Source of the DNA: Bacteroidia bacterium
GTDB taxonomy: Bacteria > Bacteroidota > Bacteroidia > JADZBD01
NCBI GenBank assembly: GCA_020054095.1
Contig: JAGVMA010000068.1
Location: 10,913-74,912, forward strand
Direction: 5' to 3'
Length of the DNA stretch: 64,000 bases
Shown here: positions 30,631 through 40,488 of the stretch, piece after piece
How the letters are laid out: the number at the start of each line of letters is the position of its first letter
Position numbering within the stretch: the stretch's first letter is position 1
Made by a program: the position numbers and the translations under genes
Notes under the pieces: model-generated
What the model was told of the DNA's origin: nothing
Database searches by the model: none
Seen by the model: the letters and a program-made list of their open reading frames with translations, nothing else

Positions 30631-31920
30631 ATGTCAACGCTTTCGGATAAAGACAAAAATTTTATTTGGCATCCATATACTCAAATGAAAGATGCAACTG
30701 CTGCTATTGTTATAAGAAAAGCGGAGGGAGTTTATCTGTTTGATGAAAACAATGAATCATACATTGATGCTTGTGGCTCTTGGTGGACAAATTTGCACGG
30801 TCATTCGCATCCATATATAACAAAGAAAATTGCTGAACAAGCCAGTCGCCTTGAGCATGTAATTTTTGGCGGATTTACACACGAACCGGCAATAAGACTG
30901 GCCGAGCGCCTACTCAAAATTTTACCTGCTAATCAACAAAAAGTTTTTTATTCTGATAATGGTTCAACAGCAGTGGAAGTTGCAATTAAAATGTGCTTGC
31001 AGTATTGGCAAAATAATAATCAAAACCGGACAAAAATTAGTGCATTTAAAAACTCATACCATGGCGATACTTTTGGAGCTATGTCGGTGAGCGCACGTAA
31101 CGTGTTCACTAAAGCATTTGAAAATTTATTGTTTGATGTTATTTCTGTTGATGTACCGTTTTTGTTTAATGAGACAGAAGCGCTAAATGGTTTCGAGAAA
31201 ATTGTTACTGAAAATAAATCAGAGCTCGCTTGTTTTATTTTTGAACCTATTGTGCAAGGTGTTGCGGGTATGACTATATATAGTGCCGATGCACTGGATA
31301 AGATGATTGCAATTTGTAACAAACATAACATACTTACAATTGCTGATGAAGTGATGACCGGATTTGGGAGAACAGGTAAATTTTTCGCATCAGATTACCT
31401 TCGTAATTCCCCTGATGCATTTTGTTTATCGAAAGGTCTTACCGGTGGTGCTTTGCCTTTAGGAGTTACTACATGTACTCAGTCAATATATGATGCATTT
31501 CTCTCTTCCGATAAAACAAAAACTTTTTTTCACGGACACACTTATACCGCTAATCCGCTTTGCTGCGAAGCTGCAAATGCTTCACTCGATTTGTTTGAAG
31601 CGAATAATTCATTCGAAAAAATTAAATCTATTTCCAACTTACATCACGAATTTGTTTCTAACAATCAAGATAAATTTCCAATTCATAAGTTCAGGACAAT
31701 AGGTGTCATTTTGGCCATTGAAATTAGTGCAGGCGAAACTCACTACTTAAACTCAATTGCTGATAAAGCATATAGTTTTTTTATTGAAAGAGGAATTTTA
31801 ATGCGTCCGCTTGGTAATGTAATTTATATTGTCCCGCCTTATTGTATAACAATTGAACAGTTACATTTAATTTATAATACTATTGTTGAATTTTTAAATC
31901 AATTACAAAATGATGTTTAA
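30631..31920 (+). CDS. bioA: Adenosylmethionine-8-amino-7-oxononanoate aminotransferase (BioA)
   Basis: Class-III aminotransferase with BioA N-terminal pattern (IWHPYTQM...GSWWTNLHGH) and PLP-Lys region (FCLSKGLTGG). Confidence 0.85.
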   Translation: MSTLSDKDKNFIWHPYTQMKDATAAIVIRKAEGVYLFDENNESYIDACGSWWTNLHGHSHPYITKKIAEQASRLEHVIFGGFTHEPAIRLAERLLKILPANQQKVFYSDNGSTAVEVAIKMCLQYWQNNNQNRTKISAFKNSYHGDTFGAMSVSARNVFTKAFENLLFDVISVDVPFLFNETEALNGFEKIVTENKSELACFIFEPIVQGVAGMTIYSADALDKMIAICNKHNILTIADEVMTGFGRTGKFFASDYLRNSPDAFCLSKGLTGGALPLGVTTCTQSIYDAFLSSDKTKTFFHGHTYTANPLCCEAANASLDLFEANNSFEKIKSISNLHHEFVSNNQDKFPIHKFRTIGVILAIEISAGETHYLNSIADKAYSFFIERGILMRPLGNVIYIVPPYCITIEQLHLIYNTIVEFLNQLQNDV

Positions 31921-32629
31921 CGACAAACGAAATTTTCTACTTTTTGTTCTTTGGGGATTTTTTATCACCAATGCAATGATAGCCGAAGTTATTGGCGTAA
32001 AAGTAATTGACCTTGGTACAGATTTTATACCCGATTTTTTTCTTATGAGCGTAGGTATTTTGCCATGGCCAATCGTTTTTTTAACTACTGATATTATCAA
32101 CGAGTTTTACGGGAAAGCCGTTGTTCGCAGATTATCTCTCATCACAGCATGTTTAATTGCTTATGCTTTTTTAATAATTTATTGCGCCATTTCTATTCCT
32201 GCTGATGATAAAATAGGGGTAAGAGACGAGTCGTTTAACGAGATTTTTGGGCAGAGTGGCTGGATAATATTGGGCAGCATCGTTGCCTTCCTTTCATCAC
32301 AGTTAATTGATGCATTTGTTTTTTGGATGGTAAGAGAAAAAACAGGTGGCAAAATGATTTGGCTAAGAGCCACTGGCTCTACTGCTGTTTCTCAACTCAT
32401 AGATACTTTTGTTGTGTTGTACATTGGTTTTGTTATTCCTGGTAAAATGAGTTTCGGTGTATATCTTAATGCAGCACTAACGGGCTACTCTGTAAAATTA
32501 TTAATTGCAGTTATGCTTACTCCATTAATCTATGTCGGACATAAAATGGTAAAGTCGTATTTGGGTGATAAACTTTCTGACGAAATTAAAAATGAAACTG
32601 CAAAAGAAACACTGCACCATAATAATTGA
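31910..32629 (+). CDS. Queuosine-precursor transporter (YhhQ/DUF165 family)
   Basis: ~240-aa polytopic membrane protein with the YhhQ-family pattern. Overlaps the bioA stop. Confidence 0.65.
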   Translation: MMFNDKRNFLLFVLWGFFITNAMIAEVIGVKVIDLGTDFIPDFFLMSVGILPWPIVFLTTDIINEFYGKAVVRRLSLITACLIAYAFLIIYCAISIPADDKIGVRDESFNEIFGQSGWIILGSIVAFLSSQLIDAFVFWMVREKTGGKMIWLRATGSTAVSQLIDTFVVLYIGFVIPGKMSFGVYLNAALTGYSVKLLIAVMLTPLIYVGHKMVKSYLGDKLSDEIKNETAKETLHHNN

Positions 32630-32632
32630 TTA

Positions 32633-33991
32633 GTGCTCTATAGGTTTTTAAGAATATTGTTTAAAATATCGAGCCGCGCTTTTTTTAATAAGCTCGAAGT
32701 AAAGGGTTTGGAAAATATTCCATTATCGGGTCCAGTTATCTTGTTGGCAAATCATCCTTCTACTTTTATGGATCCTATTGTGATAGGCGCTACTACTCGC
32801 AGAAAAATATTTTTTTTAGCCAAAGCCGAAGTCTTTAAATCTGCTTTTACAAAATGGTTGTTGCCAAAGTTTAACATGATTCCTATTTATCGTGCACAAG
32901 ATGACCCTACGCAGATGCATAAAAATAAAGAAACATTTCAAAAATGTTTCGATCATTTTAGAACAGGCGGTGCCATGCTTATTTTTCCGGAAGGAATTAG
33001 TTTAACTGAGCGGAAGTTAAAAAAAATAAAAACCGGTGCAGCCCGTATTGCATTGGGAGCAGAGGCAGATAACGATTTTGCATTAAACCTTCAAATTGTT
33101 TGTGTAGGGCTTAATTACAGTAATCCACATCGTTTTCAAAGTGATTTGCTTATTAATATTGACGCACCTATTTCAGTAAAAAACTATCAACAAGAATATC
33201 TTACGGACGGAATTGCCGCATCAAATAAATTAACAGATGAAATAAAACAGAAACTGGAGTCAATCATTGTTTCATTTGAAGATAACGATACCGATAAATT
33301 AGCTGCCGACATTGAAACGATTTATCGCTCAAAACTTTTAAAAGAATTTAATTTAACCACTAAGTATGTTGAAGACAAACACATTGCTAATAAAGCAATA
33401 GCCGAAAGTGTAAATTATTTTAAGCAAAACGACCCAACCCGTATTGCCGCTATTAAATTAAAACTCGATAAATATTTTAGTTTGTTAAATCAATTAAAGC
33501 TGAACGATAGGTGGATTAGCAAGCAAGCGAATGGACTCAATTCGTTTCTTCTCAATTCTGTTTTTTATACAATTGGTTTCTTGCTTGGCTTCCCTATTTT
33601 TTTATTTGGCTTGATAAATAATTACTTGCCTTACAAAATTCCATATTTGATAACAAAGAAAATAACCGACAAGCCCGAATACTACGGAGCATTTGCTTTA
33701 GTAATAGGCACATTTACATTTTTAATTTTTTATACAGCGCAGCTATGGTTGGTTCAATCGTGGTTGCATAATTTTTATATTACAATTACTTATTTATTTT
33801 TATTACCTATTAGTGGTTTTTTTGCTTTTTATTATGCCACGCAATTTAGAGATGTAACCGGAAGATGGATGCTCTTTAATTTGTTCTTGAAAAAATCATC
33901 ACTAATTGCAACTGCTATCACAATGCGCGAAAGCATCATAGATGATATTCAAAAAGGCCATAAAGATTACGTGGAAATAATTACACGCTAA
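32633..33991 (+). CDS. Lysophospholipid (1-acyl-sn-glycerol-3-phosphate) acyltransferase-family protein with a C-terminal membrane domain
   Basis: Acyltransferase blocks (LLANHPSTFMDP; FPEGIS). Four TM helices in the C-terminal 150 aa. Confidence 0.65.
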   Translation: MLYRFLRILFKISSRAFFNKLEVKGLENIPLSGPVILLANHPSTFMDPIVIGATTRRKIFFLAKAEVFKSAFTKWLLPKFNMIPIYRAQDDPTQMHKNKETFQKCFDHFRTGGAMLIFPEGISLTERKLKKIKTGAARIALGAEADNDFALNLQIVCVGLNYSNPHRFQSDLLINIDAPISVKNYQQEYLTDGIAASNKLTDEIKQKLESIIVSFEDNDTDKLAADIETIYRSKLLKEFNLTTKYVEDKHIANKAIAESVNYFKQNDPTRIAAIKLKLDKYFSLLNQLKLNDRWISKQANGLNSFLLNSVFYTIGFLLGFPIFLFGLINNYLPYKIPYLITKKITDKPEYYGAFALVIGTFTFLIFYTAQLWLVQSWLHNFYITITYLFLLPISGFFAFYYATQFRDVTGRWMLFNLFLKKSSLIATAITMRESIIDDIQKGHKDYVEIITR

Positions 33992-34559
33992 GTGTTTCGT
34001 GTATTTTTAAAACTTGAGGAATAAGTAAATTTTCTTCATCATTGTTTATAATGAAATCAGATTTTCTTATTCGCTCTTCGTCCGTCCACTGTGCTTTTAT
34101 GCGCTTCTCTAATTCTGCTGAACTTACTTTATCTCTAAGCATTACTCGTTTTATTCTTTTTTCTATTGGGGCAATTACTGTAATTGTTTTTTCTAACTGT
34201 TTGTATGCTCCTGATTCAAATAATATTGCTGCTTCTTTTAAAACGTATTTTTTGTTGCCTTGTGTTTCAATCCACATCGCAAATTTTTCTGCTACTGCAG
34301 GATGAATAATTTTATTTAACCCTTGTAGTTTTTCTTTATCGGCAAACACAATTTTAGCCACCTTGTTATAAATCAGTTGGTCATTTTCGTACACATCTGC
34401 ACCAAGTAAAGTAATGACTTGGTGCATTATTTCAGATTCTGAATATAGTTTTTTCGCCACATCATCGGTATAAAATACAGGAACGTTAAGCGTTTCAAAT
34501 ACTTTGCAGGCGGTGGTTTTGCCGCTTCCTATGCCACCTGTAATGCCAACTTTTATCAT
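33981..34559 (-). CDS. coaE: Dephospho-CoA kinase
   Basis: P-loop at the N-terminus (IGITGGIGSGKTT). ~190 aa. Confidence 0.9.
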   Translation of the reverse strand: MIKVGITGGIGSGKTTACKVFETLNVPVFYTDDVAKKLYSESEIMHQVITLLGADVYENDQLIYNKVAKIVFADKEKLQGLNKIIHPAVAEKFAMWIETQGNKKYVLKEAAILFESGAYKQLEKTITVIAPIEKRIKRVMLRDKVSSAELEKRIKAQWTDEERIRKSDFIINNDEENLLIPQVLKIHETLSV

Positions 34560-35527
34560 TTTTTTCTAATAATAAATTCTACTTTATCCGGAATTACTTT
34601 CACCGAATTAACTATTGCAGGAACTTTAGTTAGTTCTAATTTTATTTTATTACTGTTTTCAGTTGATGTATTGTAATCGGCAGTTACAGTAAATAAATCA
34701 GGAACTATTTTATCAATATTTGATACTGCCACTTTATATTTTACTTTCACTATTTCCGGAAAAATGCGGATACTGTATCCATCCGGAATACTCATTGGGC
34801 TTACCGTAACATCCATCTCTTCTTCCGTAAATTTATCAACTGGGATAGTAATTGTAACCGAGTCGGCTGAGTATCCAACACCTCTGTTATCTATTACGAA
34901 TGGAAGCTTAACCGTTACCGTTTTGTTGATATTATTCAGCACCAGATATTGTGTGGATGCGTGTTCCGTATTTTTAATAAAATCTGCTGCACCAAATACG
35001 TCAACAAAAGCGGGTGAAACAGTTATGCTATCAGATAATTGATATTGGTTATCCAACGAATAACTAATATTAATTTTTACAGGAACACGCTTTTTGCTTT
35101 TAGTGCTAAAATTGAAAAAAAATGTATCGGGTAGTAGTTTATTTATTGTGTAGTTTTTTCCAATTTGCCTATTGATGTTTGCCAGTTGCGATGCAGAACT
35201 TAATGCATAAATACTATCGGCAACGGCAGTTAACCGCTCACAATTGATGTTTATTGATTGATGCCTTCCAAAGATTGAATTTTTCAACAGCGTGTATCCA
35301 TCAGTGCTTATGCTAATATCAATAGTATCGGGCAATTGGTTTATAAGTGCTTTTGAAGCAGGTAAATTTGTGTAGTTGATTTTAAATCGCAGAGTTCCAT
35401 CGTAAGGCCTCGATAATACAATTAAAAACCAACAGAACGATGCAATTGCAATACAAACCAAAAAGGCATAAACATTTTTATTTAAAATAATGTATCGCCC
35501 GGCACTCTTTTTTTTGTTTTCGTTCAC
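34556..35527 (-). CDS. YbbR-like (CdaR-family) domain protein
   Basis: N-terminal TM anchor, then repeated YbbR-type beta domains. Lies between yajC and coaE, the gene order conserved in Bacteroidota. Confidence 0.55.
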   Translation of the reverse strand: MNENKKKSAGRYIILNKNVYAFLVCIAIASFCWFLIVLSRPYDGTLRFKINYTNLPASKALINQLPDTIDISISTDGYTLLKNSIFGRHQSININCERLTAVADSIYALSSASQLANINRQIGKNYTINKLLPDTFFFNFSTKSKKRVPVKINISYSLDNQYQLSDSITVSPAFVDVFGAADFIKNTEHASTQYLVLNNINKTVTVKLPFVIDNRGVGYSADSVTITIPVDKFTEEEMDVTVSPMSIPDGYSIRIFPEIVKVKYKVAVSNIDKIVPDLFTVTADYNTSTENSNKIKLELTKVPAIVNSVKVIPDKVEFIIRKK

Positions 35528-35541
35528 GAGCGATTTTTATC

Positions 35542-35862
35542 TTATGCTTTGTTTGCTTCGGCTTGCAAGGTGGCAGTAAATTGCATTGATACTGCTTGTT
35601 TCTCAATATACATGCGTGTGCCGCTTTCCACTTCTATTAAAAATGTACGGTCATTAATATCTACGATTTTAGCGTGTATACCACCAATGGTAACAATTTT
35701 ATCGCCTTTCTTTATTTCCTCACGGTATTTTTTTTCTTCTTTGGTCTTTTTTAATTGTGGACGAATCATAAAAAAGTAAAATACTACTATGATAAGTACC
35801 AATGGTAAAAATGACATAAGTCCGCCACTGCCTTGCGCTGCTTGTAATAAAATGTGATTCAT
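35542..35862 (-). CDS. yajC: Preprotein translocase subunit YajC
   Basis: 106 aa with one TM (LPLVLIIVVFYFFMIRPQ) and the YajC core (KKGDKIVTIGGIHAKIVDI). Confidence 0.85.
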   Translation of the reverse strand: MNHILLQAAQGSGGLMSFLPLVLIIVVFYFFMIRPQLKKTKEEKKYREEIKKGDKIVTIGGIHAKIVDINDRTFLIEVESGTRMYIEKQAVSMQFTATLQAEANKA

Positions 35863-35873
35863 GTTTGTTTTGT

Positions 35874-36341
35874 TTATTTGTTTTCTTTTGTTTTTTCGTC
35901 AGCCACATCCACGTTCACGGTAATGCTTATTACTTTGGTATTTGGTTGGGCATTGGTTATTACTGTAACATCTTTTTTGTTGTAACCTTGTTTTCCGCTG
36001 CTGTTAAATGTTACGGTAATTTTTCCTTCATCATTTGGTTTCACCGGCTTGTCAGAAAATTCAGGAACGGTGCAGCCACAACTTCCTTTTGCTGATGATA
36101 TAATTAAATCGGAGCCGCCTGTGTTTTTAAATTTAAATGTGTACGATACTGATTCGCCTTCCACGATAGTGCCAAAATCATGTGTTTCCTCAGCAAAGGT
36201 TATTGCTGGTAAACTGCCCGGTTCATTATTTCCGTTTGGGATGTTTACCAAATCGGTGGTTACTTTATTGTCATCTGCCGATGATGAACAAGATGATAAT
36301 AAGCTAAGGGATAGACTAATAATTAATAGGTGTTTTATCAT
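35874..36341 (-). CDS. DUF1573-domain lipoprotein
   Basis: Lipoprotein signal (LLSSCSS). DUF1573 pattern (FGTIVEGESVSYTFKFKNTGGSDLII...CGCT). Confidence 0.7.
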   Translation of the reverse strand: MIKHLLIISLSLSLLSSCSSSADDNKVTTDLVNIPNGNNEPGSLPAITFAEETHDFGTIVEGESVSYTFKFKNTGGSDLIISSAKGSCGCTVPEFSDKPVKPNDEGKITVTFNSSGKQGYNKKDVTVITNAQPNTKVISITVNVDVADEKTKENK

Positions 36342-36427
36342 TTTTTTATTTTATGCAAATGTAACAAAGAGTTTTTATTATTGATTTCAATTTTAGAACT
36401 GCTTTTACTATTTTAGTCAAAAAACAA

Positions 36428-37426
36428 ATGAATAAACTTTTACTTTTTGCCACTTTATTTGTCTTTGGCTCCTTTATTGGTACCCATTCTTTTGACAAAA
36501 CTCAACATCCGCCCGCGCCCGAATATTCAAAAGAAAATTGCTGGATTGCTTTGCCCTGGCGAAAAGATATTGCTGATACTATCCCGAATGGGTGTTCTAC
36601 GCCTGACGCACAGCTGAATGCGAAAGCAGATGTTTTTTATATTCATCCTACAGTTTATTTGGTGGGCAATAATTACAATGGCGATGTGTATAATGATAAA
36701 TTGAATAAGAAATGTGATAAATGTGTTTTAATACAAGGAACAATTTTTAATGCATCGGGTCGTGTTTTTGCTCCTCGATATAGACAAGCACATATAAAAG
36801 CATTTTCGGGCGATTCTATAGAAGGTGAAAAGGCGCTGAAATTTGCTTACGCTGATGTGAAAGCGGCATTTGAGCATTATTTGAAAAATTGGAATAAAGG
36901 GCGACCAATCATAATAGTAGGCCACAGCCAAGGTGCGAGGCACGCTGCTCAATTAGTAAAAGATTTTTTTGATGGTACAGAATTGCAAAAACTTTTAATT
37001 GCTGCGTACCCAATTGGAATGCCAATCCCCAAAAATTATTTTAAGAACATACCTTTAACTAATGGCCCTAAGGAAACCTGCTGCTGGGCTACCTGGAATA
37101 CTAATTCGTGGGGTACTGAGTTAAAAGGAAAGATGCTGAAAAAATATGGTAACAGTGCTTGTGTTAACCCTCTTTCGTGGAAACAAAATGATGAGCACGT
37201 TTTATCAAACAAAAACTTGGGCGGTGTTTCTATTAAATTTGATGCAGTAGATATTAATGTTTGCGATGCAAAAGTGAACAAAGCAATTTTATGGATTCAC
37301 CCTGTAAGTGGTAAGCGCTATAACCACATTGGTTCCTGGTATCATGGCAGCGATATGAATTTGTTTTACATGAACCTAAGGCAAAATGCTATTGATAGAG
37401 TAGATGCTTATTTCAATAAAAAATAA
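36428..37426 (+). CDS. Secreted alpha/beta hydrolase (DUF3089-like lipase/esterase)
   Basis: Signal peptide. GHSQG nucleophile elbow (IIVGHSQGARH). Confidence 0.6.
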   Translation: MNKLLLFATLFVFGSFIGTHSFDKTQHPPAPEYSKENCWIALPWRKDIADTIPNGCSTPDAQLNAKADVFYIHPTVYLVGNNYNGDVYNDKLNKKCDKCVLIQGTIFNASGRVFAPRYRQAHIKAFSGDSIEGEKALKFAYADVKAAFEHYLKNWNKGRPIIIVGHSQGARHAAQLVKDFFDGTELQKLLIAAYPIGMPIPKNYFKNIPLTNGPKETCCWATWNTNSWGTELKGKMLKKYGNSACVNPLSWKQNDEHVLSNKNLGGVSIKFDAVDINVCDAKVNKAILWIHPVSGKRYNHIGSWYHGSDMNLFYMNLRQNAIDRVDAYFNKK

Positions 37427-37458
37427 AATGCCTCGCTATTGCGAGGCATTTATAAACG
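37426..37458. terminator. Bidirectional terminator hairpin between convergent genes
   Basis: 11-bp stem (aaatgcctcgc / gcgaggcattt) with loop tatt. The minus-strand reading has a T-rich tract after it. Confidence 0.7.
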
Positions 37459-37474
37459 GAAAATATTTAATTAG

Positions 37475-38686
37475 CTATTGATAGTTTTTTATGTATTCAT
37501 CAAGTTCGTCAATGCTTGATTCAAAACTAAATGCATCGTTTACTTTGTAAAAATTATTCCGGTCGGTTGTTTTTCCGTAGGCAAATTTTGCAAAATCGAG
37601 GCGACTTTCTTCAAAACTAAAAATGAGCATAATTTCTTTTACCTGTGCAGATGAAAGACAATTGCTGCCCAATATTTGCTTAGCCATTTTTAATTGCGAA
37701 TCTGAAAAAGATTTTGATTTAATGCTTTCTTTGGCGCTTTTAAAATCAGCATCGCTCATTGGGTAAACGCATTGTGTAGAATTATTGTTGCTGGTATTTG
37801 TGTTAGTACTTGTATTGGTATTAAGATTATTGTTTGTATTAGTTGAGGAATTTGTTTCCGTTACGGTAGTATTCACATTCATTCCGTTGCCCGATGTGTT
37901 TACGTTCATATTTACATTTCCGCCATTGGTATTAGTTCCGTTAGTGGTGGTAGTTGTACTTCCATTAGTTGTAGTCCCATTTACATTAGTACTTGTGCTA
38001 GTGGTTGTGGTGGTAGTGCTTGTAGAAGTTCCATTCATATTTGGGTCGGTAACATTCACATTCATGTTCACTCCGCTACCTCCCATATTCAGGCCAATAT
38101 TTACTCCAGTGTTTCCGTTTGTGTTGCCTGATGTGGTAGTGGTTGTAGTTGTGGTTGATGAGGAGTTATTAGTCCCGTTAGTATTCGTATTTACGTTTAC
38201 ATTTCCGGTGCCATTTGTAGTAGTATTTGAATTTGTGTTAGTTGTGGTATTTACATTGGTGTTTTCATATATTGGACTGGTTGGTCCGCTTGTACTGTAG
38301 TTATAAGTATGCTGGTCGCTCATTACAGGAGCAGTTTTAATAGATGTGTGGCTAACGTATTTTAACTTATAACCTTTTTTAGATTTAGAGATGCTATATA
38401 CCATTTCTATATCTTTCAAATCTTCGGCTGCCCACATAAATGCTATGTTCTGGTTGCAGTCAGGAATTCCTTTTTGCTCAAAAATTATTTTTGCTTTGTA
38501 TCCCGGTTGGTTTAGGCCGGTTACTTTCACATTTGTTTCGGCTACTGCATTTTGCTTTACACCATTTAATATGAGGTAAAACTTTTTTCCGTCATCGGAA
38601 AAAACAACCAAGTTGTTGGTTTGAGCAAATATGGATGCTGCAGTTGTAAATAAAATTACTGTTAGGAGTAGTAGATTCTTTTTCAT
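37475..38686 (-). CDS. Secreted protein with a C-terminal DUF4476 domain and a ~170-aa Thr/Asn/Ser/Gly-rich low-complexity linker
   Basis: Start is set at the Met preceding the signal peptide (MKKNLLLLTVILF). The linker region is dense in NxT/NxS. C-terminus matches DUF4476-like sequence (CVYPMSDADF...FAKFAYGKTTDRNNFY). Confidence 0.6.
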   Translation of the reverse strand: MKKNLLLLTVILFTTAASIFAQTNNLVVFSDDGKKFYLILNGVKQNAVAETNVKVTGLNQPGYKAKIIFEQKGIPDCNQNIAFMWAAEDLKDIEMVYSISKSKKGYKLKYVSHTSIKTAPVMSDQHTYNYSTSGPTSPIYENTNVNTTTNTNSNTTTNGTGNVNVNTNTNGTNNSSSTTTTTTTTSGNTNGNTGVNIGLNMGGSGVNMNVNVTDPNMNGTSTSTTTTTTSTSTNVNGTTTNGSTTTTTNGTNTNGGNVNMNVNTSGNGMNVNTTVTETNSSTNTNNNLNTNTSTNTNTSNNNSTQCVYPMSDADFKSAKESIKSKSFSDSQLKMAKQILGSNCLSSAQVKEIMLIFSFEESRLDFAKFAYGKTTDRNNFYKVNDAFSFESSIDELDEYIKNYQ

Positions 38687-38863
38687 AGGTTGATTGTTTA
38701 TGTTTGTCGGTTTAAATTTATAAATACTTGTTACAAGCTGATTCAAATAGTATTCCAAATTTAATTCGAAAGTCAATTCAAGTTGTGAACATTCTCTTAA
38801 TACCTCAAGCTTGTTAAGATATATCTCAATAAAAACAATGGATTTGACTCGTTTTTTATGAAC

Positions 38864-40327
38864 TCATATAATCATACTGTTTTTTAACATCCTATCTAAC
38901 CAGTTAATGTTTATTGCCGTCTGTGGTGACAATACTTTATACTTTACTTTATTTATTTTTCTTTTGACTATATCCAAATTGTCTTTTTTAGCAAATAATG
39001 ATTCAACAATATCGTAAATCATTATTGTTTCACAATACGTTTTTGCTTCAGTAGATTTTAAAATTGACAGTGCTTTTGAATACTCTTTGTTAAGAAAATG
39101 CATTTTTGCTTTTATATAAAATACCTCTCCTAACGAGGTTTGTACATTATTATTGTTTTTGATATTACGAATATATTCATCCGTTTTTTTTTGTAAAAAG
39201 TTCACATCGAGATTAAACGTGCGAGGGTACGATTCGCAGTATATAATTGCCCTAAGTGTATATGCGTATGCAATAGTACTTTGATTACTATTACCTTTTA
39301 AAAAATCAATGTAGGTGTCAATAGTTTGCATCGCTTCAGCATGCCTTTGGGTTCCGCGCTGAGCACTAAGCATATTAAAATATATTGAATCGGTTTTGAA
39401 GATTGCATAATCGGGGTTTTGATGCACATTATCCCACAAGTTTTTCATTTCAGTGTGTGCATTTTCAAATTCGCACCGGTTAAAATAATAGAACGTATTT
39501 ATTTGCCTGATATGGAATTGTTGATTGAGCAAATAGTTTTTTCTATAAGCAACCAATGGAATTAATGGTTGCTTTTCGTTAAGCGACTTAAATTGTTTGA
39601 AATGCCGGCTAATCACCTGCATGTCATTTACATAGTCTGTTGACCCTAACTTATAATACAGTGCAACATTGTGGTAGCACATGGCAAAGCGTGAGTAATC
39701 TTTGTATTTATTGGCAATTGCTTTCATTTCTGATAACTCACTTTTGGCATGCTTTATACCCTTTTTGTAGTTTATTTCGTAAATCAAACGGGCAAGCATA
39801 ATTACTCTATTTATTTCTGATTGCAGCAAAATAGCTTTTTCCAAACGTGGGTATAGCGACTCATTGCGTTCTAACTTATTAGTTGACTGGTTACAAAATA
39901 TCATTTGGTCTATAATGCCGGGTAGTAGTTCAAAAATGTTACGCTCCCAACAAACTGATTCGAGCTGTAATAGTTTTTTATAGGCCTGTTCTTTTTCATT
40001 TGCACTAAGCAACTGTTTACATTTTGCAAGTTCTACTTCTTCATCTGCTAAAATTTGGTTGTGGTCAGTTTGTTGCTCTAAGTATTCATCTATAAACTTT
40101 TTTCGGAGTTTAAAAAAACGATTTTCAAGTACATTGTATGGTGTATTTTCCAATTCATTTTTATAGATGTATTTAACAACGTCACGATTTTTTAAATTTC
40201 TGTTTTCGCATTTATCTAAAAATTCGAATAACAGTAGTCCTACGGGTGAGTCTTTTAGTTTAAATGTGATTTCGGATTTTGCCGTGTCGTTCAGTTTTTT
40301 AAACGAATCGTATAGCTGTTTGTTCAT
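38864..40327 (-). CDS. Hypothetical cytoplasmic protein, likely all-alpha, with no recognisable domain
   Basis: 487-aa ORF with good coding statistics. No signal peptide, no TM helix, and no motif I can assign. Confidence 0.5.
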   Translation of the reverse strand: MNKQLYDSFKKLNDTAKSEITFKLKDSPVGLLLFEFLDKCENRNLKNRDVVKYIYKNELENTPYNVLENRFFKLRKKFIDEYLEQQTDHNQILADEEVELAKCKQLLSANEKEQAYKKLLQLESVCWERNIFELLPGIIDQMIFCNQSTNKLERNESLYPRLEKAILLQSEINRVIMLARLIYEINYKKGIKHAKSELSEMKAIANKYKDYSRFAMCYHNVALYYKLGSTDYVNDMQVISRHFKQFKSLNEKQPLIPLVAYRKNYLLNQQFHIRQINTFYYFNRCEFENAHTEMKNLWDNVHQNPDYAIFKTDSIYFNMLSAQRGTQRHAEAMQTIDTYIDFLKGNSNQSTIAYAYTLRAIIYCESYPRTFNLDVNFLQKKTDEYIRNIKNNNNVQTSLGEVFYIKAKMHFLNKEYSKALSILKSTEAKTYCETIMIYDIVESLFAKKDNLDIVKRKINKVKYKVLSPQTAININWLDRMLKNSMII

Positions 40328-40453
40328 TTCATTGTTTTTATGAATTCACTATAATAACCTTTAAATCATTGTTTTTAGCTACATTCAGAAGGTATTTTGT
40401 TTTGTATTTCAAACTTATGCTAAGGTATAAAATTGCACGTATCTAATCCTATC

Positions 40454-40461
40454 TAAATTTG
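40454..40461 (+). promoter_or_regulatory. Candidate Bacteroidota -7 promoter element (TAAATTTG) upstream of the LamG adhesin gene
   Basis: TAnnTTTG match 28 bp upstream of the ATG at 40489, with a TTG 18 nt further upstream. Pattern match only. Confidence 0.25.
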
Positions 40462-40488
40462 TTGCATAATTATAAATAAAAAGTAAAA

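Noticed and set aside
37785-38300. 171-aa plus-strand ORF (VLVLVLVLRLLFVLV...)
   Set aside because: It is antisense to the Thr/Asn-rich linker of the DUF4476 gene. It is a compositional artefact with no start context.
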